From an uncultured Gammaproteobacteria bacterium (GTDB taxonomy: Bacteria; Pseudomonadota; Gammaproteobacteria; Chromatiales; Chromatiaceae): a stretch of DNA of 64,000 bases. The stretch lies in contig CAZVME010000006.1 of NCBI GenBank assembly GCA_964628835.1, forward strand, positions 3,580-67,579, read 5' to 3'. Positions 37,476 through 48,258 of the stretch are shown here, one piece after another (position 1 is the first letter of the stretch; each line of letters begins with the position of its first letter). Made by a program: the position numbers and the translations under genes. The notes under the pieces are model-generated. The model saw only the letters and a program-made list of their open reading frames with translations, searched no databases and was not told the DNA's origin.

Positions 37476-40400
37476 TTAGCCTCTGATCTCATCCAGGATG
37501 GCTGCAACCTGATCTATGCGCCTGTCGCGTTCTGGCATCTCCCGGAAGAACTTCAGCTTGTTTGCGCCGTCCAGTTTGAACTCCTTGGCGCGGGTCTGGA
37601 TCAGTCCGATCAGATGACCCGGGTCTATCTTGGGTTCGCCCTCAAATATGATGCGCCCACCGCTGGGGCCCGCCTCCAGCTTGCGGATGCCCATGGGGTT
37701 GGCCTTGAGTTTGAGCTGGGTGACGCCCATGAGGAATGCGGCTGGTTCTGGCAGCAGGCCAAAGCGGTCGATCATCTCCACCTGTAGTTCGCGCAACTCA
37801 TCGGTGGATTTGCTGCTGGCTATGCGCTTGTACAGCACTAGGCGTGAGTGTACGTCGGGGATGTACTCCTCTGGTATAAGGGCGGGGAGTTGCAGATCCA
37901 CCTCGGCGCCGTGATCCAGGGGGCGGTCCAGGTTGGGTTGTTGGCCGGCCTTCAGGGCCTGTACCGTGCGCTCCAGCAGTTCTGTATATAGGGTGTAGCC
38001 AATCTCATGGATCTGGCCGCTCTGGCCTTCGCCCAGGAGTTCTCCCGCGCCCCTGATCTCCAGATCGTGGGTGGCGAGGGTGAATCCGGCGCCCAGCTCT
38101 TCCATAGACTCGATGGCCTCCAGGCGTTTCTTGGCATCCGGGGTCAGGCTCCTGGGTGATGGGGTCAGCAGGTAGGCGTAGGCGCGGTGGTGAGAGCGCC
38201 CGACCCGGCCCCTGAGCTGATGCAACTGGGCCAGTCCCAGCTTATCGGCGCGGTTGATCAGAATGGTGTTGGCGCTGGGTACATCAATACCGCTCTCGAT
38301 GATGGTGGTGCAGATCAGGATGTTGAAGCGTTGGTGGTAGAAATCCCGCATGATGGATTCCAGCTCCCGCTCCCGCATCTGGCCATGGGCCACCTGGAGC
38401 CTTACTCCGGGCATCAGGGTTTCCAGTTTGTGCGCCATGTTCTCTATGGTGCTCACCTCATTGTGTAGAAAGTAGACCTGGCCGCCGCGCTTGATCTCGC
38501 GCTGGCAGGCCTCAACAATAAGGGCGTCATTCCATTGGCTGACAAAGGTCTTGATCGGGTGTCGCGACACCGGTGGTGTTGCGATGATGGAGAGATCGTA
38601 CAACCCGCTCAGGGCCATATTCAGGGTGCGGGGTATGGGGGTGGCGGTGAGTGTAAGTATGTCCACCTCGGCGCGCAGGGCCTTGAGACTCTCCTTGTGG
38701 CGTACGCCGAAGCGGTGTTCCTCGTCGATGATGATCAGCCCCAGCTGTTTGAATTTTACATCCTTCTGTAATAGCTTGTGGGTGCCCACCACTATATCTA
38801 TCTTGCCCTCGGCCAGTCCCTTGATTACCTGCTTCTGATGCTTGGCCCCGCCAAACCTGGACAGGCCCTCCACCTGTACCGGCCAGTCGGCAAAACGGTC
38901 GGCAAAATTCTGCAAGTGTTGCTGTACCAGCAGGGTGGTGGGGGCTAGGATCGCCACCTGCTTATTCCCCTGCACCGCGGCAAAGGCGGCGCGCATGGCC
39001 ACTTCGGTCTTGCCAAAGCCCACATCGCCACACACCACCCGCTCCATATGACTGGGTGATTCCATGTCGGACAGGACGGCGTCTATGGCTTGCTGCTGGT
39101 CCGGGGTCTCTTCAAACTCAAAGTTGGCGGCAAAGCTGGAGTACTCAGCGCCCGGTTGTGGGAAGGCGCAGCCTTTATTGACGGCGCGACGGGCATAGAT
39201 CTCCAGCAGTTCTGCCGCTACGTCCCGCACCTTCTCGGCGGCTTTGCGTTTGGCCTTTTCCCACTGGTCACCGCCCAGGCGGTGCAGGGGGGCGTTGTCG
39301 GGAGATGCGCCGGAGTAGCGGCTGATCAGATGCAGGGAGGAGACCGGAACATAGAGCTTATCACCCTTGGCGTACTCCAGGGTGAGGAACTCGGTCTGCA
39401 TGCCTCCAACTTCCAGGGTTTGCAGGCCCATGTAGCGCCCGACCCCATGGTCCTCATGTACCGCCGGGGCGCCGATATGCAGCTCGGTGAGGTTGCGCAC
39501 CACCTGGTCCGAGTCGCCGAACTTGGCCTTGCGTCTGCGCTCCTGGCGCACCACCTCTCCCAACATCTGGGTCTCGGTTATGACTGCGATGCCCAGTTCC
39601 GGGAGCCACAACCCCTGTTCCAGTGGTGCCACGGCCAGCCCCAACTCCAGGTCTGATTGGATAAACTCCAGCCAGCCATGCACCGGAGTGGTCTTTATAC
39701 CGTAGCCGGTCAGGGTCTCGCGCAACATCTCGCGCCGACCGGCGCTCTCGGCTACGAACAGAACCCGTCCCGGTTTGTGTTTTAGGAACCGTTGCAGGGC
39801 CGCTGCGGGGTGGGTGGTTCTGGACTGGAGGCCCAGTGGCGGCAGGGGTTTGGTGCTGAAGTTATGGAATGATTTATAACCCTTGGCGCGGGACTCTATC
39901 TCGCAGTGACCAAGCTGTATTGAGCGGCCGGTTTTCAGCTGGTTGGCCAGTTCATCGCTGGTGAGAAACAGTGATGGCGGTGGCAGTAGCGGCCGTTCTG
40001 CGTCATGGCGGCGCTGTTCGTAGCGTGCGCTGACCTGCTCCAGGAACTGTTCTGCCTGGTCCCGGCTCTGCTCATGATGGATGGTCAGATAGTTGGCTGG
40101 GAGAAAATCAAACAGGGTCGCGGTCTGTTCAAAAAACAGCGGTAGGTAGTACTCCAGTCCCCCTGGTGCGTTGCCATCCGACACCTCCCGGTAGATCAGA
40201 CTGTTGCCAGGCTCGCCTTCAAAGGCGTTGCGGAAGGCACGGCGAAACCTGGTGATGGCCTCCTGGTTCATGGGGAACTCTTTGGCCGGCAGGACCTCTA
40301 CCTGCTCTATCTTCTCCAGACTGCGCTGGGTCTCCGGGTCAAAGGTGCGGATAGTCTCGATCTCTTCATCGAACAGGTCGATGCGCAATGGATGCAGGCT

Positions 40401-40967
40401 GCCCATGGGGAACAGGTCCAGGATTGAGCCGCGTACGGCGAATTCGCCATGGGCCAGGACCTGGGATACGCATTGATAGCCGCTCTGTTCCAGGTGGCGT
40501 CTGGTGTCATCCAACGGGAGTCGGTTGCCCACCTGGTATAGAAAGCTGCCCTCATCCACGTAGCTGCGTGGTGGCAGGCGCTGCAACAGGGTGCCTATGG
40601 GGACAATCAATACGCCTTTTTCGGTTTTTGGCAGGCGATACAGGGTCTTGAGCCGCTCAGATACCAGTTCTGGCAGGGGCGGGAAGACATCGTAGGGGAG
40701 GGTCTCCCAGTCGGGGAAACTGATTACCGGGATCACATCGCCGGTAAAAAAGAACTTCAGTCTCTCTGTCAGTTCAGTTGCAGACTGCACATCTGACAAT
40801 AGCACCAGTACCAAACCTTGAAACTCCCTGGCTGCCGAGGCGATGGCCAGGGCGTCGCTGATACCATATAGATGGCCCCACTGCAGGCGGTCGTTCTCCT
40901 GTTCTGGAAGTTGTGGCCGGGTGGGGTCAGAAAGGGGGGAGGTGGCTGTTTCTGGGTGGTTGGGCAT
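37476..40967 (-). CDS. mfd: Transcription-repair coupling factor
   Basis: 1163 aa with CGDVGFGKTEVA (Walker A), DEEHRFG, a TRG motif region and a UvrB-homology N-terminus. Confidence 0.95.
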   Translation of the reverse strand: MPNHPETATSPLSDPTRPQLPEQENDRLQWGHLYGISDALAIASAAREFQGLVLVLLSDVQSATELTERLKFFFTGDVIPVISFPDWETLPYDVFPPLPELVSERLKTLYRLPKTEKGVLIVPIGTLLQRLPPRSYVDEGSFLYQVGNRLPLDDTRRHLEQSGYQCVSQVLAHGEFAVRGSILDLFPMGSLHPLRIDLFDEEIETIRTFDPETQRSLEKIEQVEVLPAKEFPMNQEAITRFRRAFRNAFEGEPGNSLIYREVSDGNAPGGLEYYLPLFFEQTATLFDFLPANYLTIHHEQSRDQAEQFLEQVSARYEQRRHDAERPLLPPPSLFLTSDELANQLKTGRSIQLGHCEIESRAKGYKSFHNFSTKPLPPLGLQSRTTHPAAALQRFLKHKPGRVLFVAESAGRREMLRETLTGYGIKTTPVHGWLEFIQSDLELGLAVAPLEQGLWLPELGIAVITETQMLGEVVRQERRRKAKFGDSDQVVRNLTELHIGAPAVHEDHGVGRYMGLQTLEVGGMQTEFLTLEYAKGDKLYVPVSSLHLISRYSGASPDNAPLHRLGGDQWEKAKRKAAEKVRDVAAELLEIYARRAVNKGCAFPQPGAEYSSFAANFEFEETPDQQQAIDAVLSDMESPSHMERVVCGDVGFGKTEVAMRAAFAAVQGNKQVAILAPTTLLVQQHLQNFADRFADWPVQVEGLSRFGGAKHQKQVIKGLAEGKIDIVVGTHKLLQKDVKFKQLGLIIIDEEHRFGVRHKESLKALRAEVDILTLTATPIPRTLNMALSGLYDLSIIATPPVSRHPIKTFVSQWNDALIVEACQREIKRGGQVYFLHNEVSTIENMAHKLETLMPGVRLQVAHGQMRERELESIMRDFYHQRFNILICTTIIESGIDVPSANTILINRADKLGLAQLHQLRGRVGRSHHRAYAYLLTPSPRSLTPDAKKRLEAIESMEELGAGFTLATHDLEIRGAGELLGEGQSGQIHEIGYTLYTELLERTVQALKAGQQPNLDRPLDHGAEVDLQLPALIPEEYIPDVHSRLVLYKRIASSKSTDELRELQVEMIDRFGLLPEPAAFLMGVTQLKLKANPMGIRKLEAGPSGGRIIFEGEPKIDPGHLIGLIQTRAKEFKLDGANKLKFFREMPERDRRIDQVAAILDEIRG

Positions 40968-41122
40968 TATTTGGTCTTGTGCTACTGCTGGTGAGGGCAG
41001 GATTGTCTCACAATGGAGGTACAGGGAAAACGATGCCTCGGAGATTATTATGGAGATTGAGCTTGCCTTGCTTGTATATACGGATATAGAGTTCCAAAGG
41101 TGTACTCCTTTCGGGGGATTAG

Positions 41123-43099
41123 ATGAGTCTGTTCAAACGGAAACCGTCATTATTAAAGAAGTCCATTCTGGTGCGGGTTGGTGTTGCCATGGCCACCATA
41201 CTCAGTCTGGCAGTCATCGGTATATTGAGCTCGGTGATTATCGCTGAAACCTCAGAGGGATTTGCCGCAGCCATCAACCAGGCCGGCACCCTGCGTATGC
41301 AGTCCTATCGCATCGCCAGCAGCCTGGTGCATGACACCGGCCTTGAGGCCGCGCAGAGCGGCGATATTACCCGTAAGCTGGTGGATGAATTTGAGGGACG
41401 CATCTATAGCCAGCGCATTCATGGTCTGTTGCAGAAGGGTACCAGTCTACGGGTCCAAGAGGCCTACCAGCAGGTCGAGCGGCGCTGGCAAGGGAGTTTC
41501 CTGCCCCAACTCAAGACCTATCTGTCAGCGGCGGGTTCAGATTCCAGGGCGGCAGGCAGCGCTACCCAGGGTAGTGCTGAAAAGCTGTTCTATCTATCCA
41601 ACGTGGATAGTTTCGTGGATGATATTCACCACCTGGTAAAGGTGCTGGAGCTGGATGCCGAGAAGAAGATCCAGCAACAGCGGATGATCCAGATTGTAAC
41701 CCTGGCCCTGATGCTGCTGGTCGTTGCTGTCAGCATGTATATGACCCATGCCAGCGTGCTTATTCCTCTGCGTAATCTTCTTACCTGTGCCCGTGCCGCC
41801 AGACATGGAGATTTCTCCATCCGTAGTAACTACCTGGAAGAGGATGAGTTGGGACAGTTGGGGCAGTCATTCAACGTAATGGCGGAAGACCTTTCCGTAA
41901 TCTATGCGGATCTTGAGAAGAGGGTAAAGGAAAAAACGGCGGACCTGGAACGGAGCAACCAGTCACTGGAGCTGCTGTACGCGGCCACCAAGCGTCTGAC
42001 AGAGTCGTCTCCAACGGAAGAGGTGCTGCAAGAGCTTATTCACGATATTGAACGTACCACCGGGATTAAGGGTGGGTATGTCTGCCTGGGTAAACCAGGA
42101 GATAAACAGGCGTTTAGATTGGCATCAGCCAGGTTTGGCGGTGATGATGCAACTGCCATGAGCCCATTGGATTGCCAGGTCTGTCTGGGTAAGGGGACTT
42201 CCCACACCTTTGAGCTGGAGCGTCTGAACCGACCTGCCACTCATATGTTTTCCACCCCGATCAAGGACCAGAAACAGCACTATGGAGTCCTGGTGCTGGA
42301 ACTGTCGAGTGGTAACGGCGCAACAAAGCTGAATGAATGGCAACAGCGGTTGGTGGAGACCGTGGCCAGCCATATCGCCATGGGAATGAATATGGCGCAG
42401 CAGGCATCTCGCAGCCGCATGCTGTCGCTGCTGGAAGAGCGCAGTGTAATTGCCCGTGAACTGCACGACTCTCTGGCCCAATCCCTCTCTTATCTGAAGA
42501 TACAGGTGAGCCGGTTGGATATGGTGCTGGCGGATAAGGACCCAAAGACCGCCCTGGAGATCTCCACCATTCTGCGTAGCGCCCTGAATGGCGCTTACCG
42601 CGAGTTAAGAGAGCTGCTCACCACATTCCGTCTGCGTATAAGTGAGGCAGGGATGATTGCCGCCTTGGAGGAGACGGTGCAGGAGTACTCAGAACGCGGT
42701 AGTGTGGAAATTGAACTGATCAACAAGCTTGGGAACTGTAAGCTGCGTCCCAATGCCGAGATCCACGTTATTCAGATCATCCGTGAGGCCCTTTCCAACA
42801 TAAGCCGTCACGCCGATGCCGAAAAGGCCAAGGTGCTGGTGGAGTGTGATATAGATGGCCATGTCACCATCCTTATTGAAGATGATGGAAAGGGTATGGC
42901 CATGGATGATGATGGTGATATGATGCAACATTACGGCCTGCCAATCATGAAGGAACGTGCGGAATGGCTGGGTGGTACCCTGACCATCAAGCAGTCCCCA
43001 ACAGGTGGAACGAGCGTTAGACTCGTATTCGAGGCCGCAGAGAGTGCCCATTCAAATATCCATGAGAGTGTTCTCCAGAGGATGAACTATGAGCAATGA
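41123..43099 (+). CDS. narX: Nitrate/nitrite sensor histidine kinase, NarX/NarQ type
   Basis: P-box INQAGTLRMQSYRIA, HAMP, a GAF-like insert, HisKA_3 (RELHDSLAQSLSYLK) and HATPase. Confidence 0.8.
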   Translation: MSLFKRKPSLLKKSILVRVGVAMATILSLAVIGILSSVIIAETSEGFAAAINQAGTLRMQSYRIASSLVHDTGLEAAQSGDITRKLVDEFEGRIYSQRIHGLLQKGTSLRVQEAYQQVERRWQGSFLPQLKTYLSAAGSDSRAAGSATQGSAEKLFYLSNVDSFVDDIHHLVKVLELDAEKKIQQQRMIQIVTLALMLLVVAVSMYMTHASVLIPLRNLLTCARAARHGDFSIRSNYLEEDELGQLGQSFNVMAEDLSVIYADLEKRVKEKTADLERSNQSLELLYAATKRLTESSPTEEVLQELIHDIERTTGIKGGYVCLGKPGDKQAFRLASARFGGDDATAMSPLDCQVCLGKGTSHTFELERLNRPATHMFSTPIKDQKQHYGVLVLELSSGNGATKLNEWQQRLVETVASHIAMGMNMAQQASRSRMLSLLEERSVIARELHDSLAQSLSYLKIQVSRLDMVLADKDPKTALEISTILRSALNGAYRELRELLTTFRLRISEAGMIAALEETVQEYSERGSVEIELINKLGNCKLRPNAEIHVIQIIREALSNISRHADAEKAKVLVECDIDGHVTILIEDDGKGMAMDDDGDMMQHYGLPIMKERAEWLGGTLTIKQSPTGGTSVRLVFEAAESAHSNIHESVLQRMNYEQ

Positions 43100-43739
43100 C
43101 AATACCTATTCAGTAATATCCATTGATGATCACCCGCTATTCAGAAAGGGGGTCTCTGATCTGATCGATATGGATAGTTCCCTGAGCCTGGTGGCCGAGG
43201 CCGACAACGGCATGGACGGCCTGAAGTTGGCGGAGGAGCATAACCCTGACTTGATCCTGCTGGACATCAATATGAAGGGCATGGATGGTCTGGAGACTCT
43301 CAAGGCGATAAAGGACACGGATGTGGATTCTCGGATCATGATGTTGACGGTGTCGGATAACGAAGAAGATGTGGTCACAGCACTACGGCTGGGTGCGGAT
43401 GGATACCTACTCAAGGATATGGAGCCGGAGGATATACTGGAATCCATTAAAACCGGGGCTTCCGGCAAGATAATTATCAGTGATCGTTTGACCCAGCTGT
43501 TGGCTCAGGCGTTGCGGGAAGAGGCCAAAAGCCCAAAAAATGGCGCCCTGGTGGACCTGACGGCAAGAGAGAAAGAGATCCTTGGACTAATCGCTAATGG
43601 CATGAGCAATAGGGCGATTGGTGACAGCCTGAGTATTTCCGAGGGTACAGTAAAGGTACATGTAAAACATATCTTGAAAAAACTGAACCTGAAGTCGCGG
43701 GTCGAGGCTGCTGTGTGGTCGCTGAAAAACATCGGATAA
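43089..43739 (+). CDS. narL: Nitrate/nitrite response regulator, NarL/NarP type
   Basis: REC plus LuxR HTH (LTAREKEILGLIANGMSNRAIGDSLSISEGTVKVH). It overlaps narX by 11 nt. Confidence 0.8.
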   Translation: MSNDNTYSVISIDDHPLFRKGVSDLIDMDSSLSLVAEADNGMDGLKLAEEHNPDLILLDINMKGMDGLETLKAIKDTDVDSRIMMLTVSDNEEDVVTALRLGADGYLLKDMEPEDILESIKTGASGKIIISDRLTQLLAQALREEAKSPKNGALVDLTAREKEILGLIANGMSNRAIGDSLSISEGTVKVHVKHILKKLNLKSRVEAAVWSLKNIG

Positions 43740-43839
43740 TTAGATGCTAATCATGAAATATGGAGCGCAACTCCAAAACAGAAAAAAATAGTGGTATTCG
43801 TACTATCCAACTAGGAAATACCAATAAGACAGTATAATA

Positions 43840-43855
43840 TACCACCTAATAGGTA
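43840..43855. promoter_or_regulatory. Candidate NarL/NarP 7-2-7 site
   Basis: TACCACC-TA-ATAGGTA. The right half matches AKRRGTA exactly; the left half matches TACYYMT imperfectly. Confidence 0.35.
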
Positions 43856-43915
43856 TGGTTTTACTACCACGATATAGTAATATACATGAAATAACTAAGA
43901 AAATACCAAAATCTA

Positions 43916-43929
43916 TTGATTGATATCAA
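43916..43929. promoter_or_regulatory. FNR/CRP-family box upstream of napF
   Basis: TTGAT-tgat-ATCAA is a perfect match to TTGAT-N4-ATCAA. It is centred ~80 nt upstream of the napF ATG. Confidence 0.55.
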
Positions 43930-44002
43930 CGCTACTTTCATGGATTGAATGTAAAAATTGCCAACGTGATAACTAAACTGTTTTGGCAACTGGCAAATAC
44001 AG

Positions 44003-44515
44003 ATGAGTAGCAACATAAATCGGATACAGTTTCTGCGCGGAGACCTTTCAGGTAAGCGCGACCCAATTCGTCCCCCCTGGTCGTTGCCAGAGTCTCAATT
44101 TATTGAAAAATGTAATCGTTGTGCCGACTGTGTTCCAGCCTGTGAATATGAGCTGATAAAGATTGGCCGTGGCGGTTATCCCGAAATCGATTTTTCCCAA
44201 GCTGGCTGCGACTTCTGCACCGACTGTGTTGCAGTATGCAAGCCGGGAGCCATAAGCAAAAAATCTGCTGATGCCGCCCCCTGGACCCTGAAAGCAACAA
44301 TTCTAGATTCCTGTCTCTCACTCAATGCCATTATTTGCAGATCTTGTGGTGAGGCCTGTGACCAGGAAGCAATCAAATTTAAATTGGAAGTTGGCGGAAT
44401 CGCACGTCCCTTGCTGGATCTGGAAAAATGCAACGGATGTGGTGAGTGTTTCACTGTCTGCCCTGACAACTCAGTTCAGATAGCAGCAGTTGAAACATGT
44501 GAACAAGCTGCTTGA
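44003..44515 (+). CDS. napF: Ferredoxin-type protein NapF
   Basis: Four Cys clusters (CNRCADCVPAC, CDFCTDCVAVC, CRSCGEAC, CNGCGECFTVC) and the first position in the nap operon. Confidence 0.8.
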   Translation: MSSNINRIQFLRGDLSGKRDPIRPPWSLPESQFIEKCNRCADCVPACEYELIKIGRGGYPEIDFSQAGCDFCTDCVAVCKPGAISKKSADAAPWTLKATILDSCLSLNAIICRSCGEACDQEAIKFKLEVGGIARPLLDLEKCNGCGECFTVCPDNSVQIAAVETCEQAA

Positions 44516-44531
44516 GGAGATAGTAGATACC

Positions 44532-44789
44532 ATGAATGTTTGTAGTGTCGTTGTCTATACCAAGCCGGAAAGGTCTGGTGCGGTGACAACCAAGTTAGAA
44601 GAGTTCTCAGGAGTTGAAGTCCATGGAGGGCAAGAAGAAGGTAAATTAGTCGTTACGGTGGAAGGCGGCAACGATGACAAGCTGGCTGACACTATGGCTG
44701 CTTTTAATGATGTAGATGGGGTTATCAATACAGTAATGATCTATCACTACTGTGGAGATGAAAATGTAAACGAGGAGGTTGCAAAGTGA
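44532..44789 (+). CDS. napD: NapA chaperone NapD
   Basis: 85 aa starting [13 protein letters not shown]. The stop overlaps the napA GTG start (GTGA). Confidence 0.75.
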   Translation: MNVCSVVVYTKPERSGAVTTKLEEFSGVEVHGGQEEGKLVVTVEGGNDDKLADTMAAFNDVDGVINTVMIYHYCGDENVNEEVAK

Positions 44790-47290
44790 AACTAAACAGG
44801 CGTGACTTTATTAAGAATAATGCAGTAGCGGCCGCTGCCGCTGCCGCGGGTGTTACCTTGCCTGCAGTGAGTGTTGCTGCTGGCGATGGCATCCGTTGGG
44901 ACAAGACTGCCTGCCGCTTTTGCGGTACTGGTTGCTCTGTACTGCTAGGCGTGAAAGATGGCAAGGTTGTGGCCAGTCAGGGTGATCCTGATGCGCCAGT
45001 AAACCGTGGTCTGAACTGCATCAAGGGCTATTTCCTGCCTAAGATCATGTACGGAAAGGATCGTTTAACCCAGCCCATGCTGCGTAAGAAGAACGGCAAG
45101 TTCGACAAGAACGGCAAGTTCGAGCCAGTATCCTGGGATGAGGCATTCGACGTTATGGCCGACAAGTGGAAGGCTTCCCTGAAGGCTAAGGGTCCTACCT
45201 CTGTTGGTATGTTCGGTTCCGGTCAGTGGACAGTTTGGGAAGGTTATGCCGCTTCCAAGCTTATGAAAGCTGGTTTCCGTTCCAACAATCTGGATCCTAA
45301 TGCCCGTCACTGTATGGCTTCTGCTGTAGGTGCCTTCATGCGTGCCTTCGGTATAGACGAGCCAATGGGTGTATATGACGATCTGGAGCACGCCGATGTA
45401 TTCGTACTCTGGGGTGCCAACATGGCCGAGATGCATCCAATCTTGTGGTCACGTCTGACAGACACTCGTCTGACCAAGCCTGGTTGTGAGGTGCATGTAC
45501 TCTCCACCTTCAAGCACCGCTGCTTTGAACTGTCTGATAACGACATGATCTTTCATCCGCAGACCGATCTGGCGATTGCCAACTACATCGCCAACTATAT
45601 CATCCAGACCAAGTCTTATAACAAAGACTTCGTTGCCAATAACGTCAACTTCAAGAAGACTCCAACCGATATCGGTTATGGTCTGCGTCCAGAGCATCCT
45701 CTGGAGAAGAAGAAGACTGGCAAGGGGGGCGCGCTCTCTGGAATCACCTTTGAAGAGTATGCAAAGTCTGTTGCTTCATACACTGTAGAAGAGGCCAGCA
45801 AGATTTCAGGTGTGCCTAAGTCCAACCTGCTGAAGCTGGCCAAGGCATATGCCGATCCTAAGAAGAAAGTTTCTTCCTTCTGGACCATGGGCATGAACCA
45901 GCACACCCGTGGTGTTTGGATGAATGGCCTGGTCTACAATATCCATCTGCTGATGGGTAAGATCTCCGAGCCTGGCAACAGCCCATTCTCACTCACCGGT
46001 CAGCCTTCCGCTTGCGGTACCGCACGTGAGGTTGGTACTTTTGCTCACCGTCTGCCTGCAGATCTGGTGGTTATGAAAGCACCACATCGTGCCTTTGCTG
46101 AGAAGACCTGGAAACTGCCTGAAGGTACCATCGTTGGTAAGCCTGGTTTCCACGCTGTTCTGATGCACCGTAAACTGAAAGACGGTGTAATGAACTGCTT
46201 CTGGGTCCAGTGCAACAACAACATGCAGGCTGCTGCTAACCTGAATGAAGAGTCATATCCTGGTTGGCGTAGACCTGAAAACTTCATCACCGTAACCGAC
46301 CCCTACCCAACCGTATCCAGTGTGGCCGCAGACCTTATGCTGCCTACCTCTATGTGGTGCGAGAAGGAAGGTGCCTACGGTAACGCTGAGCGTCGTACCC
46401 AGTTCTGGCGTCAACAGATTAAGGGGCCAGGTGAGTCTAAGTCTGATCTGTGGCAGATGATGGAGTTCGCCAAGCGCTTCAAGATGGAAGAGGTTTGGCC
46501 AGCTGATCTGCTAGCCAAGATGCCTGAGTATCAGGGTAAGACCATGTATGACGTTCTATACGAGAATGGTCAGGTCAACAAATTCCCGAAACAGCAGGTA
46601 ACCGATCCTGACGGTAACAAGTACGAAAATGACGAGATGGAGCACTTCGGTTACTACGTACAGAAGGGTCTGTTCGAAGAGTATCGTATGTTTAACAGTG
46701 CTGCCGGTATCCCGAAGAAAGGTCATGAAATGGCCGAATTCGATGCCTATCATAAAGCCCGCGGTCTTCGCTGGCCTGTGATTAACGGCAAGGAGACCCT
46801 GTGGCGCTTCCGTGGTGGATACGATCCACATGTAGAGGGTGGTAAGGATGTAGTGAAGTTCTATGGTAAGCCCGATGGCAAAGCCAACATCATCACCGCT
46901 CCTTACGAGCCAGCAGCAGAAGCCCCGGATAAAGAGTTTAATCTGTGGCTCTGCACCGGTCGTGTTCTTGAGCACTGGCACTCCGGTTCCATGACCCGTC
47001 GTGTGCCTGAACTGTATCGTGCAGTACCAGATGCAGTTGTCTACATGCACAAGAGAGATGCCAAGAAGCGTAAGCTGCGTCAGGGTCAGATGGCCAAGCT
47101 GCAGACACGCCGTGGTGAGCTGGTCGCACGCGTTGAGACCCGTGGTCGTAATAGACCTCCTAAGGGACTCGTGTTCATCCCATGGTTCGATGCGAATCGT
47201 CTGGTGAACAAGCTGACCCTGGATGCCACTGATCCGCTGTCCAAAGAAACGGACTACAAGAAGTGTGCGGTGAAGATATCCAAGGCATAA
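44786..47290 (+). CDS. napA: Periplasmic nitrate reductase catalytic subunit
   Basis: Tat signal NRRDFIK, the [10 protein letters not shown] 4Fe-4S motif and a molybdopterin oxidoreductase body of 834 aa. Confidence 0.95.
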   Translation: MKLNRRDFIKNNAVAAAAAAAGVTLPAVSVAAGDGIRWDKTACRFCGTGCSVLLGVKDGKVVASQGDPDAPVNRGLNCIKGYFLPKIMYGKDRLTQPMLRKKNGKFDKNGKFEPVSWDEAFDVMADKWKASLKAKGPTSVGMFGSGQWTVWEGYAASKLMKAGFRSNNLDPNARHCMASAVGAFMRAFGIDEPMGVYDDLEHADVFVLWGANMAEMHPILWSRLTDTRLTKPGCEVHVLSTFKHRCFELSDNDMIFHPQTDLAIANYIANYIIQTKSYNKDFVANNVNFKKTPTDIGYGLRPEHPLEKKKTGKGGALSGITFEEYAKSVASYTVEEASKISGVPKSNLLKLAKAYADPKKKVSSFWTMGMNQHTRGVWMNGLVYNIHLLMGKISEPGNSPFSLTGQPSACGTAREVGTFAHRLPADLVVMKAPHRAFAEKTWKLPEGTIVGKPGFHAVLMHRKLKDGVMNCFWVQCNNNMQAAANLNEESYPGWRRPENFITVTDPYPTVSSVAADLMLPTSMWCEKEGAYGNAERRTQFWRQQIKGPGESKSDLWQMMEFAKRFKMEEVWPADLLAKMPEYQGKTMYDVLYENGQVNKFPKQQVTDPDGNKYENDEMEHFGYYVQKGLFEEYRMFNSAAGIPKKGHEMAEFDAYHKARGLRWPVINGKETLWRFRGGYDPHVEGGKDVVKFYGKPDGKANIITAPYEPAAEAPDKEFNLWLCTGRVLEHWHSGSMTRRVPELYRAVPDAVVYMHKRDAKKRKLRQGQMAKLQTRRGELVARVETRGRNRPPKGLVFIPWFDANRLVNKLTLDATDPLSKETDYKKCAVKISKA

Positions 47291-47385
47291 GGTAAACGAA
47301 ATACCCGGCCCGGATTTATCGGGTCGGGATTTCCGAAATAAATACGTGAAATACCGAATCGATAACCGTAGTAAGGCAGTATCAG

Positions 47386-48258
47386 ATGTTTGATTCAGGT
47401 AATGGAAAAGGGAAAGGTAATGGTGAACTGAGTCGTCGTCGGTTCTTGAGTGGTGTACTGAAGACGGCTTGTGGTGTTGGGTTGATGGGTGTAGGGATTG
47501 GCCTCTATTCAGAGCAGGCTTCATCTCTACCGGCGTTAGCCATCAGGCCTCCGGGAGCACTCCCGGAAGATGAGTTTCTCAATGCCTGTATCCGGTGTGG
47601 TTTGTGTGTTCAAGACTGTCCGTATGACATGCTAAAGCTGGGGCAGATGGGAGACGGAGTTGCAGCCGGAACACCATACTTTACCGCACGGGAAGCGCCC
47701 TGTGAGATGTGTGAAGATATTCCATGCATCGTGGCGTGCCCCACTAATGCCCTGGACCATGAACTTACCAATATTGAAGACGCCCGCATGGGTCTTGCAG
47801 TGTTGGTAGACCAGAAAACCTGTATCGCTTTTTTGGGACTGCGCTGCGAGGTCTGCTTTAACGCCTGCCCCGTACTTGGTAAGGCCTTAACGCTGAATTA
47901 CGAGCACAATGTAAGGTCGGGGAAACATGCTCGGTTCTTACCGGTGGTACATGAAGAGTATTGTACTGGCTGTGGGCTCTGCGAAAAGGTCTGTATTCTG
48001 GATGAGGCGGCAATCAGGGTTCTCCCGAACCATCTGGCAAAGGGGAAACTTGGAGAGCATTATCGAACCGGTTGGACTGAGAAGAAGAAGGCAGGAAGGG
48101 CACTGGTGGCACCAGATGCGGAACATAAATACAACTTACCGGAAGGGGTGCAGTATGACCTCCAGGGCAAGGGGTTGATAATCGAGTCGGAAGGTATAGG
48201 TGTAGATAAACCTACTGACAGGATTAATGTTTTCGGTAGCGGTGTGGAGAAGAAATAA
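47386..48258 (+). CDS. napG: Ferredoxin-type protein NapG
   Basis: Tat signal SRRRFL and four 4Fe-4S cluster motifs. Confidence 0.85.
   Translation: MFDSGNGKGKGNGELSRRRFLSGVLKTACGVGLMGVGIGLYSEQASSLPALAIRPPGALPEDEFLNACIRCGLCVQDCPYDMLKLGQMGDGVAAGTPYFTAREAPCEMCEDIPCIVACPTNALDHELTNIEDARMGLAVLVDQKTCIAFLGLRCEVCFNACPVLGKALTLNYEHNVRSGKHARFLPVVHEEYCTGCGLCEKVCILDEAAIRVLPNHLAKGKLGEHYRTGWTEKKKAGRALVAPDAEHKYNLPEGVQYDLQGKGLIIESEGIGVDKPTDRINVFGSGVEKK

Noticed and set aside
39090-39656. 188-aa plus-strand ORF, together with other ORFs inside 37476-40967
   Set aside because: They are antisense to mfd.
46556-47524. 322-aa minus-strand ORF
   Set aside because: It is antisense to the 3' part of napA and the napA-napG spacer. 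It has no motifs, and napA is unambiguous.
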